DNA from: an uncultured Bacteroidales bacterium
Lineage (GTDB): Bacteria > Bacteroidota > Bacteroidia > Bacteroidales > VadinHA17
Direction: 5' to 3'
Assembly (NCBI GenBank): GCA_963739685.1
Contig: CAVUAX010000002.1
Location: forward strand, 712,323 to 776,322
DNA: 64,000 nt
This document shows positions 27,695 through 39,962 of this stretch, piece by piece. The position numbers were made by a program, and so were the translations under genes. The notes beneath the pieces were generated by a model, which had not been told where the DNA came from, ran no database searches, and worked only from the letters and a program-made list of their open reading frames with translations. Position 1 is the first letter of the stretch, and each line of letters begins with the position of its first letter.

Positions 27695-29355
27695 TTTAAC
27701 TTTTCAAATAATTGTCTTGCAGTCTCAACAGGGATTTCATTTCTCCCCAGCCATGCTACGACCTTTGCTTCGCGATAACCATTTCTGATAAGAAGGTCAT
27801 TATACTCGGCCGCGCTCTCAAATGTAATAAATTTCCCGATCAAATATACAAATTTACCATCATCAGTTGTAATAATTTCCATCCCGCGGTTACCAGCTAT
27901 CGTTTTTAATCCTTCTGTTACATCATCCTTAAGTGGCTTTGCTGATCTGGTAACCTCAATTCTGAAAACGAGAGCAGGAGCAAGAGTATCTTTCATAGTC
28001 TCCCGCGTAGTTTTTATTTCTGCTGTTAATGGTCTCTTACCCCACTCTTTCTCAAGAACAGCGGCCCTCTCCGCAGAAACTGGCTTTTTCCCAAAAAATG
28101 CAACTGTAAAAGCATCCTTAAACCCTTTGGCTTTTACGGCAATAAGTGCTTTTGCAGCGTCAGATGATCTCCTGAATATCCCGGCATAATAGTTAGTAAG
28201 ACCATTTCCGGACAACCTTAACCCATAAACAGGAGTGATTCCTTTAAAATACGAAGGTTCAACTGGATTACGGAAAACAGCTACCTGGATTCTGTAAACC
28301 AGTCCTTCCGGGACTTCCGGATCAATTATTATCTTATCTTTAACACCTGAAGCAGGCTTATCTAATACCTTAAAATCCGAGAAGACAAGATTTGGGGAAG
28401 CAGGTTTATATTTCTCCTTTATGAGAGTATCCGCGACTTTTGCTTCCTCCTTCTTTTCTGTATTTTGCATTTCAACCGGGTCAATTTTACTCTTTACCTG
28501 ACTCCCTGGTTTCAAACCTTCAGCCATATTGAATTTTTCATCAGCCTGTTTCTGATAAGAGGCTGCCAGTAATTCTGTTTCCGAGATTCTCTTTTTTGCA
28601 GATTCCTTCTGAATATCCGGTACTCCTCCCAACGCTTGCTTCTGTTTTGCAGCATCCTCACTGAGTGAATCGGCTTTAACCTGAAGATCTAAAGCCTCAT
28701 CAAGAAGTTTTTCAAAGTCGGGGGGAAGTGCAGGTTTTGAAATTATACCTTTATCAACTGGTTGTTGATTAATAATTTTAGCGGCTTGCTCTGGTTTTGC
28801 AGATGTGGATATTTGTTTCTCCCGTTCAACATTTTCTTTAATATCCGCTTCTTTTGGAACCACTTCTCCCTGCTTATTTATGCATTGTTGAATGAGTTCA
28901 GGAATTCCTGACTCCTTTGCTGCTTTTCTTCCGGACTGGTTCTCGTATTTTTTGTATGAATCAATCGCTTCATTAAATTTTCCAGACATCTGTTGTGCGC
29001 GGCCAAGATAAAAGAGAGCATCGGAAGGCAGGGTCCTTAAGACAGCAGCACCCTGCAGTGCCTCAGATAAAAGGGTTGAAGCTTTATCAGGTTCCCTGTT
29101 GAGTTTTACAAGACACACTCCTGAATAATATTTGTATAAGGGGTCTTTCGGATATAAGAGTAAAAGTTCGCTGAACTGATCATACGCCAGTTCATACTTG
29201 CCATCCGAGAAAGCCTCAATTGAAGATTGCCGTGAGGGTTTAGTCTTAACATTCTGGGAAAAAAGGTTACAGTTATAGGAACCGGTGATAACTAACACCA
29301 ATAAAAGGGAAACCTGTCTGCTTAAATTTAAAACCGATATAAAATTTGATCTCAC
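27691..29355 (-). CDS. Secreted TPR protein with two C-terminal SPOR-like domains
   Basis: Signal peptide and an N-terminal TPR region. Two SPOR-like blocks are present (VYRIQVAVFRNPVEPSYF...KAKGFKDAFTVAFF and VFRIEVTRS...GKFITFESAAEYNDLLIRNGYREAKVVAWL). The stop overlaps the clpS start (ATGA). Confidence 0.7.
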   Translation of the reverse strand: MRSNFISVLNLSRQVSLLLVLVITGSYNCNLFSQNVKTKPSRQSSIEAFSDGKYELAYDQFSELLLLYPKDPLYKYYSGVCLVKLNREPDKASTLLSEALQGAAVLRTLPSDALFYLGRAQQMSGKFNEAIDSYKKYENQSGRKAAKESGIPELIQQCINKQGEVVPKEADIKENVEREKQISTSAKPEQAAKIINQQPVDKGIISKPALPPDFEKLLDEALDLQVKADSLSEDAAKQKQALGGVPDIQKESAKKRISETELLAASYQKQADEKFNMAEGLKPGSQVKSKIDPVEMQNTEKKEEAKVADTLIKEKYKPASPNLVFSDFKVLDKPASGVKDKIIIDPEVPEGLVYRIQVAVFRNPVEPSYFKGITPVYGLRLSGNGLTNYYAGIFRRSSDAAKALIAVKAKGFKDAFTVAFFGKKPVSAERAAVLEKEWGKRPLTAEIKTTRETMKDTLAPALVFRIEVTRSAKPLKDDVTEGLKTIAGNRGMEIITTDDGKFVYLIGKFITFESAAEYNDLLIRNGYREAKVVAWLGRNEIPVETARQLFEKLK

Positions 29356-29494
29356 AAATAACTAATTTTCAAATTATTAGAATAGTCTGCAAAATTAACA
29401 TTAAAAGATGATTTGTTGATAACAAATAATCATTTTTTTTCTCAATACAATCCAAATTCGTAAATTTACCGGTAACATCCAAAAGAGAATCCTT

Positions 29495-29956
29495 ATGACT
29501 AAACTTAAAGAAGGCATGAAAGCACCATGGTTTGAAGGCATTGACCAAAATGGCAAAGTTGTCAAACTGAGTGATTTTTCCAACCGATTTCTAATTCTGT
29601 ATTTTTATCCCAGGGACAATACACCAGGCTGTATTTCAGAAGCCTGTAATCTGCGTGACCACTACGATGAGCTACTCTATGAGGGATTTGTTGTGGTTGG
29701 GGTTAGCAGGGATACCCAGGAATCACATAAAAACTTTGCCCACAAATTTTCACTGCCGTTTCCAATTATTGCAGATACATCAAGTAAAATTGTTAAAGAT
29801 TATGGGGTGTGGAAAGAAAAGAAACTTTACGGGAAGAAGTTTTTCGGTATTGTCAGGACTACTTTTCTGATTAATGAAGAGGGTATTATAGAAAAAATTA
29901 TTACCAAAGTTGAAACGAATGCCCATGCTTCGCAAATCTTCGAATTATATATTTAA
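29495..29956 (+). CDS. bcp: Thioredoxin-dependent peroxiredoxin Bcp
   Basis: [19 protein letters not shown] with the peroxidatic Cys context; 153 aa. Confidence 0.88.
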   Translation: MTKLKEGMKAPWFEGIDQNGKVVKLSDFSNRFLILYFYPRDNTPGCISEACNLRDHYDELLYEGFVVVGVSRDTQESHKNFAHKFSLPFPIIADTSSKIVKDYGVWKEKKLYGKKFFGIVRTTFLINEEGIIEKIITKVETNAHASQIFELYI

Positions 29957-29969
29957 TTATAATATTAAA

Positions 29970-30977
29970 ATGAGTAAAGAAAGAAAAGAAATTAACAAAG
30001 AAAAATTAAAAGCACTTGAGATAACACTCGGCAAAATAGAGAAGGATTTTGGGAAGGGAACCATCATGAAGCTGGGTGATCATGCAATCGACAATGTTCA
30101 GATTATCCCTACTGGTTCCATCGGACTTGATGCAGCTCTTGGCATTGGAGGATTACCACGTGGACGGGTAATTGAAATTTATGGACCCGAGGCTTCAGGA
30201 AAAACCACCCTGGCTATTCATGCAATAGCCGAAGCACAAAAGAACGGAGGTATTGCCGCGATTATTGATGCTGAACATACCTTCGACCGTAATTATGCCG
30301 AAAAACTCGGTGTAGACGTTGAAAACCTGCTGATCTCCCAGCCCGATAACGGTGAACAGGCTCTTGAGATTACAGATAATCTTATTCGCTCAGGCGCCCT
30401 CGATATTATTGTTATCGATTCAGTTGCGGCCCTTACTCCTAAAGCGGAGATTGAAGGCGAAATGGGTGATTCAAAAATGGGCCTTCAGGCAAGGCTGATG
30501 TCACAGGCCCTCCGAAAACTTACTGCAAATATCAATAAAACAAACACTTCATGTGTATTTATAAATCAGTTAAGAGACAAGATAGGTGTTATGTTTGGAA
30601 ACCCCGAAACTACTACCGGTGGAAATGCTCTTAAATTTTATGCTTCCGTACGCCTTGATATACGCCGCACCAGTCAGCTTAAAGATGGTGAAGAGATTAT
30701 CGGGAGCAGAACCAGGGTTAAAATTGTTAAAAATAAACTGGCTCCTCCGTTCAGGAAAGCCGATTTTGATATTCTTTACGGAGAAGGAATATCGCAACTT
30801 GGAGAGCTGGTTGACCTGGGTGTTGACTTTGAAATTGTAAAAAAAAGCGGTTCATGGTTCAGTTATGGTGATACAAAATTAGGACAGGGTCGCGATGCTG
30901 TCAAACAGATACTGAAAGATAATCCGGAACTATATGACGAGTTGAAGGTTAAAGTCATGGATGCCCTTAAGAAATAA
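29970..30977 (+). CDS. recA: Recombinase RecA
   Basis: Walker [12 protein letters not shown], plus [52 protein letters not shown] prefer the ATG at 29970, because the track start at 29910 overlaps the bcp gene. Confidence 0.97.
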   Translation: MSKERKEINKEKLKALEITLGKIEKDFGKGTIMKLGDHAIDNVQIIPTGSIGLDAALGIGGLPRGRVIEIYGPEASGKTTLAIHAIAEAQKNGGIAAIIDAEHTFDRNYAEKLGVDVENLLISQPDNGEQALEITDNLIRSGALDIIVIDSVAALTPKAEIEGEMGDSKMGLQARLMSQALRKLTANINKTNTSCVFINQLRDKIGVMFGNPETTTGGNALKFYASVRLDIRRTSQLKDGEEIIGSRTRVKIVKNKLAPPFRKADFDILYGEGISQLGELVDLGVDFEIVKKSGSWFSYGDTKLGQGRDAVKQILKDNPELYDELKVKVMDALKK

Positions 30978-30986
30978 CATTATGGG

Positions 30987-33068
30987 ATGATAATAAAAAT
31001 ATCCTGCATGCACAGAACCTTTTTTACGTCATTATTACTTTTCATTCTTTTAACTGTTTCATGTAAACAGAAAGAAACAATAATCCGGCCTCAACTTCCT
31101 CAGTTTAATAATCAGTTATCCGAAGAAGAAAAAAGCAGCGGAATACTGACACCTGAAGTAATGTTAAAATTTGGAAGGCTTGGGTCCTTTGCACTTTCTC
31201 CGGATGGTTCAACTATATTGTATTCAGTTACTGAGATAGATCTACAGACAGAAGAGTACAGAACAAACATTTTCAGAATACCTTCAGCTGGCGGAGATCC
31301 TGAACTGGTTACAAGTGAAGGTGGGGGTTCGCCGCAATGGATCAATAATGGAAAATCAATAGCTTATATTAATAAAGGTAATCTGTACACTATTAATAAT
31401 GACGGCTCTAACCTCAAAAAGGTGAGCGGGTTAGAAAATTTTGAAATTTTCAGTATTTCACCCGATAGCAAAAAGATATACTTTACCAGAAGAGTAAAAC
31501 TTGATCAGACTGCTAATGAGAAATATAACCTGCCAAAAGCAAAAGTCAGGATTATTGATGATCTTATGTATCGCCACTGGAACTACTGGAGCGATTATTC
31601 TTACAGTCATATCTTCGTGGCTTCATTCAAAGATAACAAGGTTTCAGATCAGCAGGACATAATGAAGGATCAAAAATTTGAATCTCCCTCTTCCCCATAC
31701 TTTGATGAAAAGGAGGTCACATGGAGCCCTGATGGCAGGTATATCGCCTATACTTCAAAAAGACTCACAGGAAAGGAGGATGCTCTGAGCACAAACACCG
31801 ATATTTTTCTGCATAATATTAAAACAGGTAAAGAAATTAACATAACTGAAAGCAACAAAGGATATGACCGGTTTCCTGTATTTTCACCCGATGGTACAAA
31901 GATTGCATACCAGAGTATGGAAAGAAATGGTTATGAGTCCGATCTTGACAGATTATTCATTTATGACATTAAAAGCTCAAGCCGTAAATGGGTTTCAAAA
32001 GGATGGGATTTTGATGTGGAGAATATCAGTTGGGAAAACAACCGGACCATTTATTTTACATGTGCATACCTGGGTACTGCACAGATATTTAAAACAGACA
32101 TTGGCAGTGCCAGGATTGACAAAATAACCGAAGGGGTTCATGATATGGGACCTCTCGACCTTAAATCAGGAATTCTTGCTTCCGGAGTAATGTCTATGTC
32201 AATGGCACCGGAAGTCTCTTTGGTTGATATGAAGACCAGCACGATCAGACAGGTAAGCTTTATCAACAAACCTATTTATGAGTCAATAAAAATGGGTAAG
32301 GTCGAGGAGAGATATACAAAAACAAAAGATAATAAAGACCTCCAGATGTGGATAGTTTATCCCCCTGATTTCGACCCGGCTAAAAAATATCCTGCACTTC
32401 TTTACTGCAAGGGTGGTCCTCAGGGAGCACTGGGACAGAGCTGGTCTTATCGGTGGAATTACCAGCTTATGGCTGCAAACGGGTATATAATTATTGCGCC
32501 AAACCGCAGAGGAGACTCAGGTTTCGGACAGGCATGGAAAGAAGAGATCTCGGGTGATTATGGAGGGTTAAATATTCAGGATTATCTTGATGCTACAGAT
32601 GCAATGGCTAAAGAGACATTTGTTGATAAAGAAAGACTTGGGGCAGTGGGTGCCAGTTACGGAGGATACTCTGTTTTCTACCTTGCCGGTATGCACGGAG
32701 GAAGGTTCAAAGCTTTTATTTCACATTGTGGAATGTTCGATTTTACAAGCTGGTACGGTTCTACAGACGAGTTATGGTTTCCTGATAAAGATATTGAAGG
32801 ACCCTATTGGAACACCCCGAAGAGCTATAAATTTTCACCACACCTCATGGTTGATAAATGGGATACTCCTATTCTCATAATAACCGGAGCCAATGACTTC
32901 AGGATTCCTTATACGCAAAGCATGGAGGCATTCCAGGCTGCACAACTGCTTGGAATACCAAGCCGGATGTTATTCTTTGAAGATGAGTTTCACTTCGTAG
33001 TGAAACCACAGAATTCAATTATATGGAACAGGGAATTCTTTGGATGGCTTGAAACTTATCTGAAATAA
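30987..33068 (+). CDS. S9 family serine peptidase (prolyl oligopeptidase/dipeptidyl peptidase type) with an N-terminal beta-propeller
   Basis: Lipoprotein-like signal (TVSCKQ), PD40-like repeats, nucleophile GASYGGY, and a C-terminal GANDFRIP...EDEFHF region. An alternative start lies at 31008. Confidence 0.85.
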   Translation: MIIKISCMHRTFFTSLLLFILLTVSCKQKETIIRPQLPQFNNQLSEEEKSSGILTPEVMLKFGRLGSFALSPDGSTILYSVTEIDLQTEEYRTNIFRIPSAGGDPELVTSEGGGSPQWINNGKSIAYINKGNLYTINNDGSNLKKVSGLENFEIFSISPDSKKIYFTRRVKLDQTANEKYNLPKAKVRIIDDLMYRHWNYWSDYSYSHIFVASFKDNKVSDQQDIMKDQKFESPSSPYFDEKEVTWSPDGRYIAYTSKRLTGKEDALSTNTDIFLHNIKTGKEINITESNKGYDRFPVFSPDGTKIAYQSMERNGYESDLDRLFIYDIKSSSRKWVSKGWDFDVENISWENNRTIYFTCAYLGTAQIFKTDIGSARIDKITEGVHDMGPLDLKSGILASGVMSMSMAPEVSLVDMKTSTIRQVSFINKPIYESIKMGKVEERYTKTKDNKDLQMWIVYPPDFDPAKKYPALLYCKGGPQGALGQSWSYRWNYQLMAANGYIIIAPNRRGDSGFGQAWKEEISGDYGGLNIQDYLDATDAMAKETFVDKERLGAVGASYGGYSVFYLAGMHGGRFKAFISHCGMFDFTSWYGSTDELWFPDKDIEGPYWNTPKSYKFSPHLMVDKWDTPILIITGANDFRIPYTQSMEAFQAAQLLGIPSRMLFFEDEFHFVVKPQNSIIWNREFFGWLETYLK

Positions 33069-33140
33069 CAGAGTCTTTTACTTATTAAAAACACTAACCA
33101 ATCCACATTTTAATAGTTTGATTATCTTCTTCTCACTCCG

Positions 33141-34088
33141 TCATTTCACGAAAGGAGAGTAAGGGGCAGGAGGAAATAGTAAATTCATAACCCTTTCTAC
33201 TTTATCTTCAATAGGCAATTCCCCTTCTATCCAGTGGATTTTAACTCCCCTTCGTTCCATACTCCTGAACCAGGTCATTTGCCTTTTTGCAAACCTGTGT
33301 ATTGCAGTTTCAAGATCCTTGACCATTTTGTCATAATTAATTTCACCTGAAAGAAAATGAGTAATATACTTGTATTCAAGCCCATAGAAAATAAGGGTTT
33401 CTTTGGAAATACCTTTATCCAACAAATTCCTTACCTCCTCAACCATCCCTGACTCCAGGCGTCGGTGCAACCGATCCGTAATTCTTTTCCGTCTGGTTTC
33501 CCTGTCATTAATAATTCCGATTACAAGAGAGTTTAATACAGGGAAATCTGAATCATTTTCAGATTTTGTCTTAGTGAAATGCTCTATCTCAATTGCTCTT
33601 ACGATACGTTTCTTTGTATCAAGATCAGTGGTATTATGAAGATTTTTATATGACGAAAGAATTTCCGTAAGCTCTGCCATAGATTTCTTTTCAAGTTCTA
33701 CCCGCAGTCCGCTGTCAGGAGGAACTTCTAACATCCTGTAGCCCCTGATTATGCTGTCGGCGTACATTCCCGAACCTCCACAAACAACTGGATAAACATT
33801 TCGTTTTTTAAGGTCATCATACACTTTAATAAAATCGCGCTGATATTCGAAAACATTATATTTGTAACCCGGTTCAGCTATATCAATCAGATGGCAGGGA
33901 AAAGCTTGTCCATCAACATAATAATCTTTATAATCTTTCCCGGTTCCTATATCCATACCCTTGTAAACCTGTCGTGAGTCTGCACTTACAATTTCTCCTC
34001 CCAGCCTCGAAGCAATATGGACGGCTAAAGATGTTTTTCCTGAGGCAGTCGGACCAGTTATAACCAATAAATCATACTTTGGGATCAT
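33141..34088 (-). CDS. miaA: tRNA dimethylallyltransferase MiaA
   Basis: P-loop GPTASGKTSLAVHIA, plus SADSRQVYKGMDIGTGK and RFAKRQMTWFR. Confidence 0.92.
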   Translation of the reverse strand: MIPKYDLLVITGPTASGKTSLAVHIASRLGGEIVSADSRQVYKGMDIGTGKDYKDYYVDGQAFPCHLIDIAEPGYKYNVFEYQRDFIKVYDDLKKRNVYPVVCGGSGMYADSIIRGYRMLEVPPDSGLRVELEKKSMAELTEILSSYKNLHNTTDLDTKKRIVRAIEIEHFTKTKSENDSDFPVLNSLVIGIINDRETRRKRITDRLHRRLESGMVEEVRNLLDKGISKETLIFYGLEYKYITHFLSGEINYDKMVKDLETAIHRFAKRQMTWFRSMERRGVKIHWIEGELPIEDKVERVMNLLFPPAPYSPFVK

Positions 34089-34146
34089 TTCCCGGTTCTT
34101 TTTGTGACAGATTTTCTAAGTTCAAGCAATTTACCATAAAATTAAG

Positions 34147-34154
34147 TAATTTTG
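34147..34154 (+). promoter_or_regulatory. Candidate -7 box TAATTTTG
   Basis: Exact TAnnTTTG match, 24 nt upstream of the ATG at 34178. Confidence 0.45.
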
Positions 34155-34177
34155 CCAGTCATTTAATCTTAAATTAT

Positions 34178-34759
34178 ATGGATTTCAAGTTTTTGTATCA
34201 CAGGATAAAATATATTATCTTTAATCCGGATAAAGCCTGGGATGCAATATATTCGGAAAACAGACCCATCAGGTTTGTCAGGGGTAGTTTTTTCTTTCCT
34301 TTTATTGTAGTGGTTGCAATTGCCGCATTTATAGGATCACTAGTGTTTACTAATTCAAGTTTATCCTATTTATACTCGATCTTTGTCGGGATAAAATATT
34401 TTCTGCTGCTGTTTTTTTTAATCTATGCCACCTCACTTATTTTGAGGGAGATAACTTATGCACTTGATCTTGGACGGGATTTTACTTTATCATTTAAAAT
34501 GATAGTATATTCAATCACTCCCTTCCTTATCTGCCAGATTGCAAGCCGGTTATTCGAGTCATTCATTTTTGTTAATATCCTGTCATTCTACGGGCTTTAT
34601 ATATTCTGGATAGGAATGGAGAAGATGTTAAATCCGCCAGAACACAAAAAAATGCCTTTGCTTATAGCAGCAACCATTACTACGATTGGAACTTTTATTG
34701 CTGCAAACCTGCTCCTGACAATGATTATTGACAGGGTTTATTTTGCCTTCTTTGCCTGA
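34178..34759 (+). CDS. Yip1-like polytopic membrane protein
   Basis: 193 aa with about 5 hydrophobic helices. The N-terminus [22 protein letters not shown] is typical of the YIP1/DUF1282 type. I prefer the ATG at 34178, because the track start at 34079 overlaps miaA. Confidence 0.6.
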   Translation: MDFKFLYHRIKYIIFNPDKAWDAIYSENRPIRFVRGSFFFPFIVVVAIAAFIGSLVFTNSSLSYLYSIFVGIKYFLLLFFLIYATSLILREITYALDLGRDFTLSFKMIVYSITPFLICQIASRLFESFIFVNILSFYGLYIFWIGMEKMLNPPEHKKMPLLIAATITTIGTFIAANLLLTMIIDRVYFAFFA

Positions 34760-34767
34760 TAATAACT

Positions 34768-35226
34768 ATGAAAAGAGGTTCAGGAAATATTGTAATAAAA
34801 AATAAAAAGGCTTCCCACGATTATGAGTTCCTTGAGAAGTTTATTGCCGGCATAAAGCTCACGGGGACTGAAATAAAATCGATCAGGCTTGGAAAGGCTG
34901 CACTTTCAGACTCCTACTGCCTGTTCAGCGGCGGAGAACTATTTATAAAAGGGATGCACATTTCGGAATACTGGTGGGGAAATCTGAATAACCATGATCC
35001 CTTACGCTTAAGAAAACTCCTTCTTACTTCCAGAGAACTTAACAAAATAGAAAGAAAAGTTAAAGAGACAGGCCATACTATCGTTGTCATAAAAGTTTTT
35101 ATTAACGACAGAGGACTGGCGAAAGCTGAAATAGCTATCGCTAAGGGTAAAAAAGAATATGATAAACGAGAAACCCTGAAACGCAAGGATGCCTCCAGGG
35201 AAATGGAAAGGTTAAGAAAATTCTGA
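34768..35226 (+). CDS. smpB: SsrA-binding protein SmpB
   Basis: [29 protein letters not shown] and a basic C-terminal tail; 152 aa. Confidence 0.92.
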   Translation: MKRGSGNIVIKNKKASHDYEFLEKFIAGIKLTGTEIKSIRLGKAALSDSYCLFSGGELFIKGMHISEYWWGNLNNHDPLRLRKLLLTSRELNKIERKVKETGHTIVVIKVFINDRGLAKAEIAIAKGKKEYDKRETLKRKDASREMERLRKF

Positions 35227-35937
35227 TCAGAAATTAGGGCTGAGAAGATATCTTGAATAGAATTTCTTAATATAATCCACGGCTTCATCCGATGTATCTA
35301 CCAGAACAAAGAGTTCAAGATCGCCCGAGGATATATTATTTTCTTCTTCCAGCATTTCCTCTTTTATCCATTTGACAAGTCCGTTCCAGTATTTTTTCCC
35401 CACAAGAATGATAGGAAATTTCCCGATCTTACGCGTCTGTATAAGAGTTATCGCTTCAAAGAGCTCATCAAAGGTTCCGAATCCCCCAGGGAGTACTATA
35501 AATCCCTGTGCATATTTCATAAACATAAGCTTTCTTACAAAGAAGTGGTCGAAGGTGATCAGTTTATCTGGATCAATATATGAATTTGGCCTCTGTTCAA
35601 ATGGCAGATCGATATTAATACCTACTGATTTTCCCATTCCCCGGGCTGCACCCTTATTGGCAGCTTCCATAATACCCGGGCCACCTCCTGTTATAACTCC
35701 ATAACCATTCTGTGTGAGTTTAAAGCCAATATCTTCAGCAAGTTTATAATACTTATCATTATGATGGGTTCTTGCCGAACCAAAAATTGAAACACATGGA
35801 CCAATGCGTGAAAGTTTCTCAAAACCCTCAACTAATTCTGAGAGTATTTTAAATACTCTCCATGAATCCGTAATGTGTATCTCATTCCATGTCTTCTGCT
35901 CAAATGCATCTTTTATCAGGTCAGCTGGTTTCTCCAT
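35227..35937 (-). CDS. LOG family (TIGR00730) nucleotide 5'-monophosphate nucleosidase-like protein
   Basis: GGGPGIMEA and PGGFGTFDELFE motifs. I prefer the ATG at 35937; the track start at 35967 is TTG. Confidence 0.85.
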   Translation of the reverse strand: MEKPADLIKDAFEQKTWNEIHITDSWRVFKILSELVEGFEKLSRIGPCVSIFGSARTHHNDKYYKLAEDIGFKLTQNGYGVITGGGPGIMEAANKGAARGMGKSVGINIDLPFEQRPNSYIDPDKLITFDHFFVRKLMFMKYAQGFIVLPGGFGTFDELFEAITLIQTRKIGKFPIILVGKKYWNGLVKWIKEEMLEEENNISSGDLELFVLVDTSDEAVDYIKKFYSRYLLSPNF

Positions 35938-35978
35938 TTTGGTTTTCGTAATAGTTAGAACCCTCAAATATAATTAAT

Positions 35979-38798
35979 TTATGACTTAAGTTCAGCCTGA
36001 AGGAATTTTCCGGTATAGCTCTCACTGCATACAGCAAGTTGTTCCGGTAATCCTGAAAAGATAATATCTCCTCCTTCCCTGCCTCCCTCCTTTCCAAGGT
36101 CCACAATATAATCAGCTAATTTAATTACATCCATGTTATGCTCGATGATTATGACCGTATTACCCCTGTCAACAAGCTTGTTAAGCACACCCATCAATAC
36201 CTTCACATCTTCAAAATGTAAACCAGTGGTCGGTTCATCAAGAACATAAAGGGTTTTTCCGGTATCCCGCCGTGCAAGTTCCGTGGCCAGTTTAACACGC
36301 TGGGCTTCACCTCCTGACAGGGTAGTTGATTGTTGTCCAAGCTTTATGTAACCCAATCCCACATCCTGCAGGGTTTTGACTTTATGATAAATAGACGGAA
36401 TGTTTTCAAAGCATTCTACCGCCATATTTACAGTCATTTCCAGAACATCGCTGATCGATTTTCCCTTATATTTTACTTCAAGAGTTTCACGGTTATATCG
36501 TTTCCCGTTACATTCGGGACAATGAACATAAACATCGGGAAGAAAATTCATTTCAATGGTTTTCATCCCTGCTCCTTCGCAACCCTCGCAACGGCCTCCC
36601 TTTACATTAAAGGAGAACCGTCCTGCACTGAATCCTCGTATCCTGGCTTCAGTGGTCTGTTCAAAAAGCTTTCGTATGTCGGTAAAAACTCCGGTATAGG
36701 TGGCCGGATTTGAACGCGGGGTCTTTCCGATAGGAGACTGGTTAACCTCTATTACCTTATCAAGGAATTCCAATCCTGTTATTTCCCGGTATGGCAACGG
36801 TGACTTACCGGAGTTATGAAATTTTTTCGCCAGGGCGGGATGTAATGTCTGATTGATGAGTGACGACTTACCGCTGCCTGAAACACCTGTGATACATATC
36901 AAAGTCCCAAGCGGAAATGCGGCATCGACATTATTCAGATTATGTCCGGAGGCTCCCTTGAGCATAAGGAATTTTCCATTACCTTTTCTTCGTTCTTCAG
37001 GAATTAAAAATCTATTTTTTTCATTCAGATAGCCTGCAGTAAGCGTATTACATGTTTTTATATCGTCGGGAGTCCCGTGCGCAACTACCTTACCTCCGTG
37101 AAGACCTGCACCCGGTCCCATATCAATAACATAATCGGCTGATAAGATCATCTCCCTGTCATGTTCAACCACAATAACAGAGTTACCCAGATCCCTCAGT
37201 TCTTTTAAAGCTGCTATAAGCCGCCGGTTATCTCTCTGATGAAGTCCTATACTTGGTTCATCAAGAATATATAACACATTTACCAGCCGTGAGCCAATCT
37301 GAGTTGCTAACCTTATCCTCTGGCTTTCACCCCCCGACAAGGTTCTTGCGCCCCTGTTAAGTGACAGGTATTCCAGTCCCACCTCAAGAAGAAAACCGAG
37401 TCTGGCCCTTATCTCTTTAAGTATTTCTGATGCAATAAGCTTCTGGTTTTTGCTCATTTTGTTTTCGACATCTGAAAGAAAATGAGATAACTCCCTGATA
37501 TCCATTGATGACAACTCACCTATATTCTTGTCAGCTATCCTGAAAAAGAGTGATTCTTTTTTGAGGCGGGTGCCATTACATTCAGGACATGTATCATACT
37601 GAACATACTGGTCACGAATACGTGTGCCATTCTTCTTCCCATTAATAACTTCAACATTCCCAACGAAATTAACTACACCCTCAAAAGTCAGGAAGTAATT
37701 TGAAGTCATTCCCAGGGGAGTATTTGATAATTTAAGAACTTCATCAGAACCATACAGAACCTTATTCAAAGATTCTTCAGGTATATCCTTAATAGGTGTG
37801 TCGATAGTAAATCCGTTCTTCTCAGCAATTGCTTCAATTTGCCAGAAAATCCATACGTTCCTGTATTTTCCCAAAGGTTCTATTCCGCCATTTCTAATAC
37901 TGAGATTGGCATCAGGGATCAACTTCTTCACATCTATGCTCGATATTTCACCCAGACCATTACAATGCGGGCAGGCTCCCTGCGGAGAGTTAAAAGAAAA
38001 TGTATGCGGAGCAGGTTCATTATATGATATCCCCGTAACCGGGCACATCAGGTGACGACTAAAATAACGCGGATCATTGCTCTCTCTATCCAGCACCATC
38101 ATCACCCCATCACCCTGGTCGAGAGATAAGAGAACCGAATCGTGCAGTCTTTTATCGGTTACTTCACCCACCCTGAACTTATCTATAACAAGTTCAATAT
38201 AGTGGGTTTTATAACGATCGAGTTTCAGACCCGGAGCGATTTCCTTTATAACACCATTTATTCTTACACTAAGAAAACCTTTGCGTCTTAACTGTTCGAA
38301 TAATTCCTTATAATGACCCTTTCGTCCCTTTATCAGAGGTGAAAGAAAATATACCTTTTTCCCGGCAAACCGGTTCTTAACCAGATCAAGTATCTGCTCA
38401 TCGGTATATTTGACCATCTTTTCTCCTGAAGCATAAGAATATGCATCAGATGCTCTGGCAAAAAGCAGTCTCAGGAAATCATAAATTTCAGTTATTGTTC
38501 CAACTGTTGACCGCGGGTTTTTATTTGTTGTTTTTTGTTCAATTGATATTACCGGGCTCAGACCACTTATTTTATCCACATCAGGTCGTTCCATTCCACC
38601 CAGGAACTGCCGTGCATATGATGAAAGGGTCTCCATATATCTTCTCTGACCCTCTGCATATATAGTATCAAAGGCAAGTGATGATTTACCACTGCCACTT
38701 AAACCTGTAATTACAACCAGCTTATTCCTCGGAATTGTAACATCAATATTCTGTAAATTATGGACCCTGGCTCCAAAAACTTTTATTTCATCATTCAT
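35979..38798 (-). CDS. uvrA: Excinuclease ABC subunit A (UvrA)
   Basis: [10 protein letters not shown], Walker A motifs [14 protein letters not shown] and [10 protein letters not shown], zinc-finger cysteines, and two LSGGE signatures. I prefer the ATG at 38798; the track start at 38846 is TTG. Confidence 0.97.
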   Translation of the reverse strand: MNDEIKVFGARVHNLQNIDVTIPRNKLVVITGLSGSGKSSLAFDTIYAEGQRRYMETLSSYARQFLGGMERPDVDKISGLSPVISIEQKTTNKNPRSTVGTITEIYDFLRLLFARASDAYSYASGEKMVKYTDEQILDLVKNRFAGKKVYFLSPLIKGRKGHYKELFEQLRRKGFLSVRINGVIKEIAPGLKLDRYKTHYIELVIDKFRVGEVTDKRLHDSVLLSLDQGDGVMMVLDRESNDPRYFSRHLMCPVTGISYNEPAPHTFSFNSPQGACPHCNGLGEISSIDVKKLIPDANLSIRNGGIEPLGKYRNVWIFWQIEAIAEKNGFTIDTPIKDIPEESLNKVLYGSDEVLKLSNTPLGMTSNYFLTFEGVVNFVGNVEVINGKKNGTRIRDQYVQYDTCPECNGTRLKKESLFFRIADKNIGELSSMDIRELSHFLSDVENKMSKNQKLIASEILKEIRARLGFLLEVGLEYLSLNRGARTLSGGESQRIRLATQIGSRLVNVLYILDEPSIGLHQRDNRRLIAALKELRDLGNSVIVVEHDREMILSADYVIDMGPGAGLHGGKVVAHGTPDDIKTCNTLTAGYLNEKNRFLIPEERRKGNGKFLMLKGASGHNLNNVDAAFPLGTLICITGVSGSGKSSLINQTLHPALAKKFHNSGKSPLPYREITGLEFLDKVIEVNQSPIGKTPRSNPATYTGVFTDIRKLFEQTTEARIRGFSAGRFSFNVKGGRCEGCEGAGMKTIEMNFLPDVYVHCPECNGKRYNRETLEVKYKGKSISDVLEMTVNMAVECFENIPSIYHKVKTLQDVGLGYIKLGQQSTTLSGGEAQRVKLATELARRDTGKTLYVLDEPTTGLHFEDVKVLMGVLNKLVDRGNTVIIIEHNMDVIKLADYIVDLGKEGGREGGDIIFSGLPEQLAVCSESYTGKFLQAELKS

Positions 38799-38838
38799 TT
38801 TTACGCTCCCTGGTAAAACTCCAGTTTCCGGGATCTCT

Positions 38839-39783
38839 TTATTCAATAAATCTCATCCCAGCTTCTGGTATTTTGATAGTGTATACTTTGCCAGGTTTTC
38901 TGGTAAGATAAGGTTTCCGAAGCCAGGGGTTCAGGAATTTCAATAATTTATAATTTGTCCCGAATCTTCCAGCAAAAGCCGAAAAGTCAGTTATTGCACT
39001 ATCAACTTTTACTTCATAATAATTCAACTCAGGATATAAATCAGTTTTATTGATGTCAAAACCATATTTTTGAGGATCTGATATAACTAATTTATAAGCA
39101 ACTGCTCTGAAAATAAATCTGGCTGTTTCTTCTGCCAGAAGAAGATCATAATAATTTGTTTTATTTTGAATGTTTATTTGTTCCAGGAGAGCCCACCTTC
39201 CTCCATTATATGAAGCTGCAGCCATGGTCCAGCTCCCAAATTTCTCATACGATTTTTGAAAATAGTCACATGCAAACTGAGTTGATCTTTCAAGATTATA
39301 ACGTTCGTCCACAACAGAATTGATCTCCATTCCTTCCTCCCTGCCTGTAGCCTGCATGATTTGCCAAAACCCGGTTGCTCCTACCGGGGAGACCATGTTA
39401 CTGTATTCACTTTCAGCTGCTGCCAGATATTTAAAATCATCAGGTATATTATTTTCTTTTAGTATTTTCTCGATAACCGGCAGATATCTGTTTGCTCTTT
39501 TTATGATCAGGATTGTTGACGAGTGCCGGTATGCACTTGTAAGAATTTCACGATCAAGACTTTCGTGTGTATCAAAGTTCTCAAGGGGCATTCTTTCGCC
39601 AGCAAATGAAACACTATCCGGTAAACTGTATGACTGAATTGGATAAATAGTATCCAAAGCTCTCCTGCTGACTTCTGATCCATTACCTGATCCCTTATAA
39701 CCTGATGTTCCTGATGTTATTATCAGGCCAATACATAAAATGATAAACGCAATGAGGACATTATTATTTTTAGTACTGATCAT
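38839..39783 (-). CDS. Lytic transglycosylase (SLT domain) protein
   Basis: N-terminal membrane anchor. SLT core is [24 protein letters not shown]...AASYNGG. Confidence 0.8.
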   Translation of the reverse strand: MISTKNNNVLIAFIILCIGLIITSGTSGYKGSGNGSEVSRRALDTIYPIQSYSLPDSVSFAGERMPLENFDTHESLDREILTSAYRHSSTILIIKRANRYLPVIEKILKENNIPDDFKYLAAAESEYSNMVSPVGATGFWQIMQATGREEGMEINSVVDERYNLERSTQFACDYFQKSYEKFGSWTMAAASYNGGRWALLEQINIQNKTNYYDLLLAEETARFIFRAVAYKLVISDPQKYGFDINKTDLYPELNYYEVKVDSAITDFSAFAGRFGTNYKLLKFLNPWLRKPYLTRKPGKVYTIKIPEAGMRFIE

Positions 39784-39962
39784 AGTTGAATGTGGATTTA
39801 AAAATAAAATGCAAAGTTAACATTTTTATACCTTTAAAAAAGAAACATTACAGGGAAACAGGAAAAACACAAATCACACCGGATGGCCAGGGTTAGGCTT
39901 TGAAGCAGGCAGTGCAGAGCATGGAAGTTTCAGGAATATCAGGAGCAGTTAGAGATAAGTAT

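Noticed and set aside
29910-29969. Upstream start for recA in the ORF track
   Set aside because: It overlaps the 3' end of bcp. RecA homology begins at [17 protein letters not shown] (29970).
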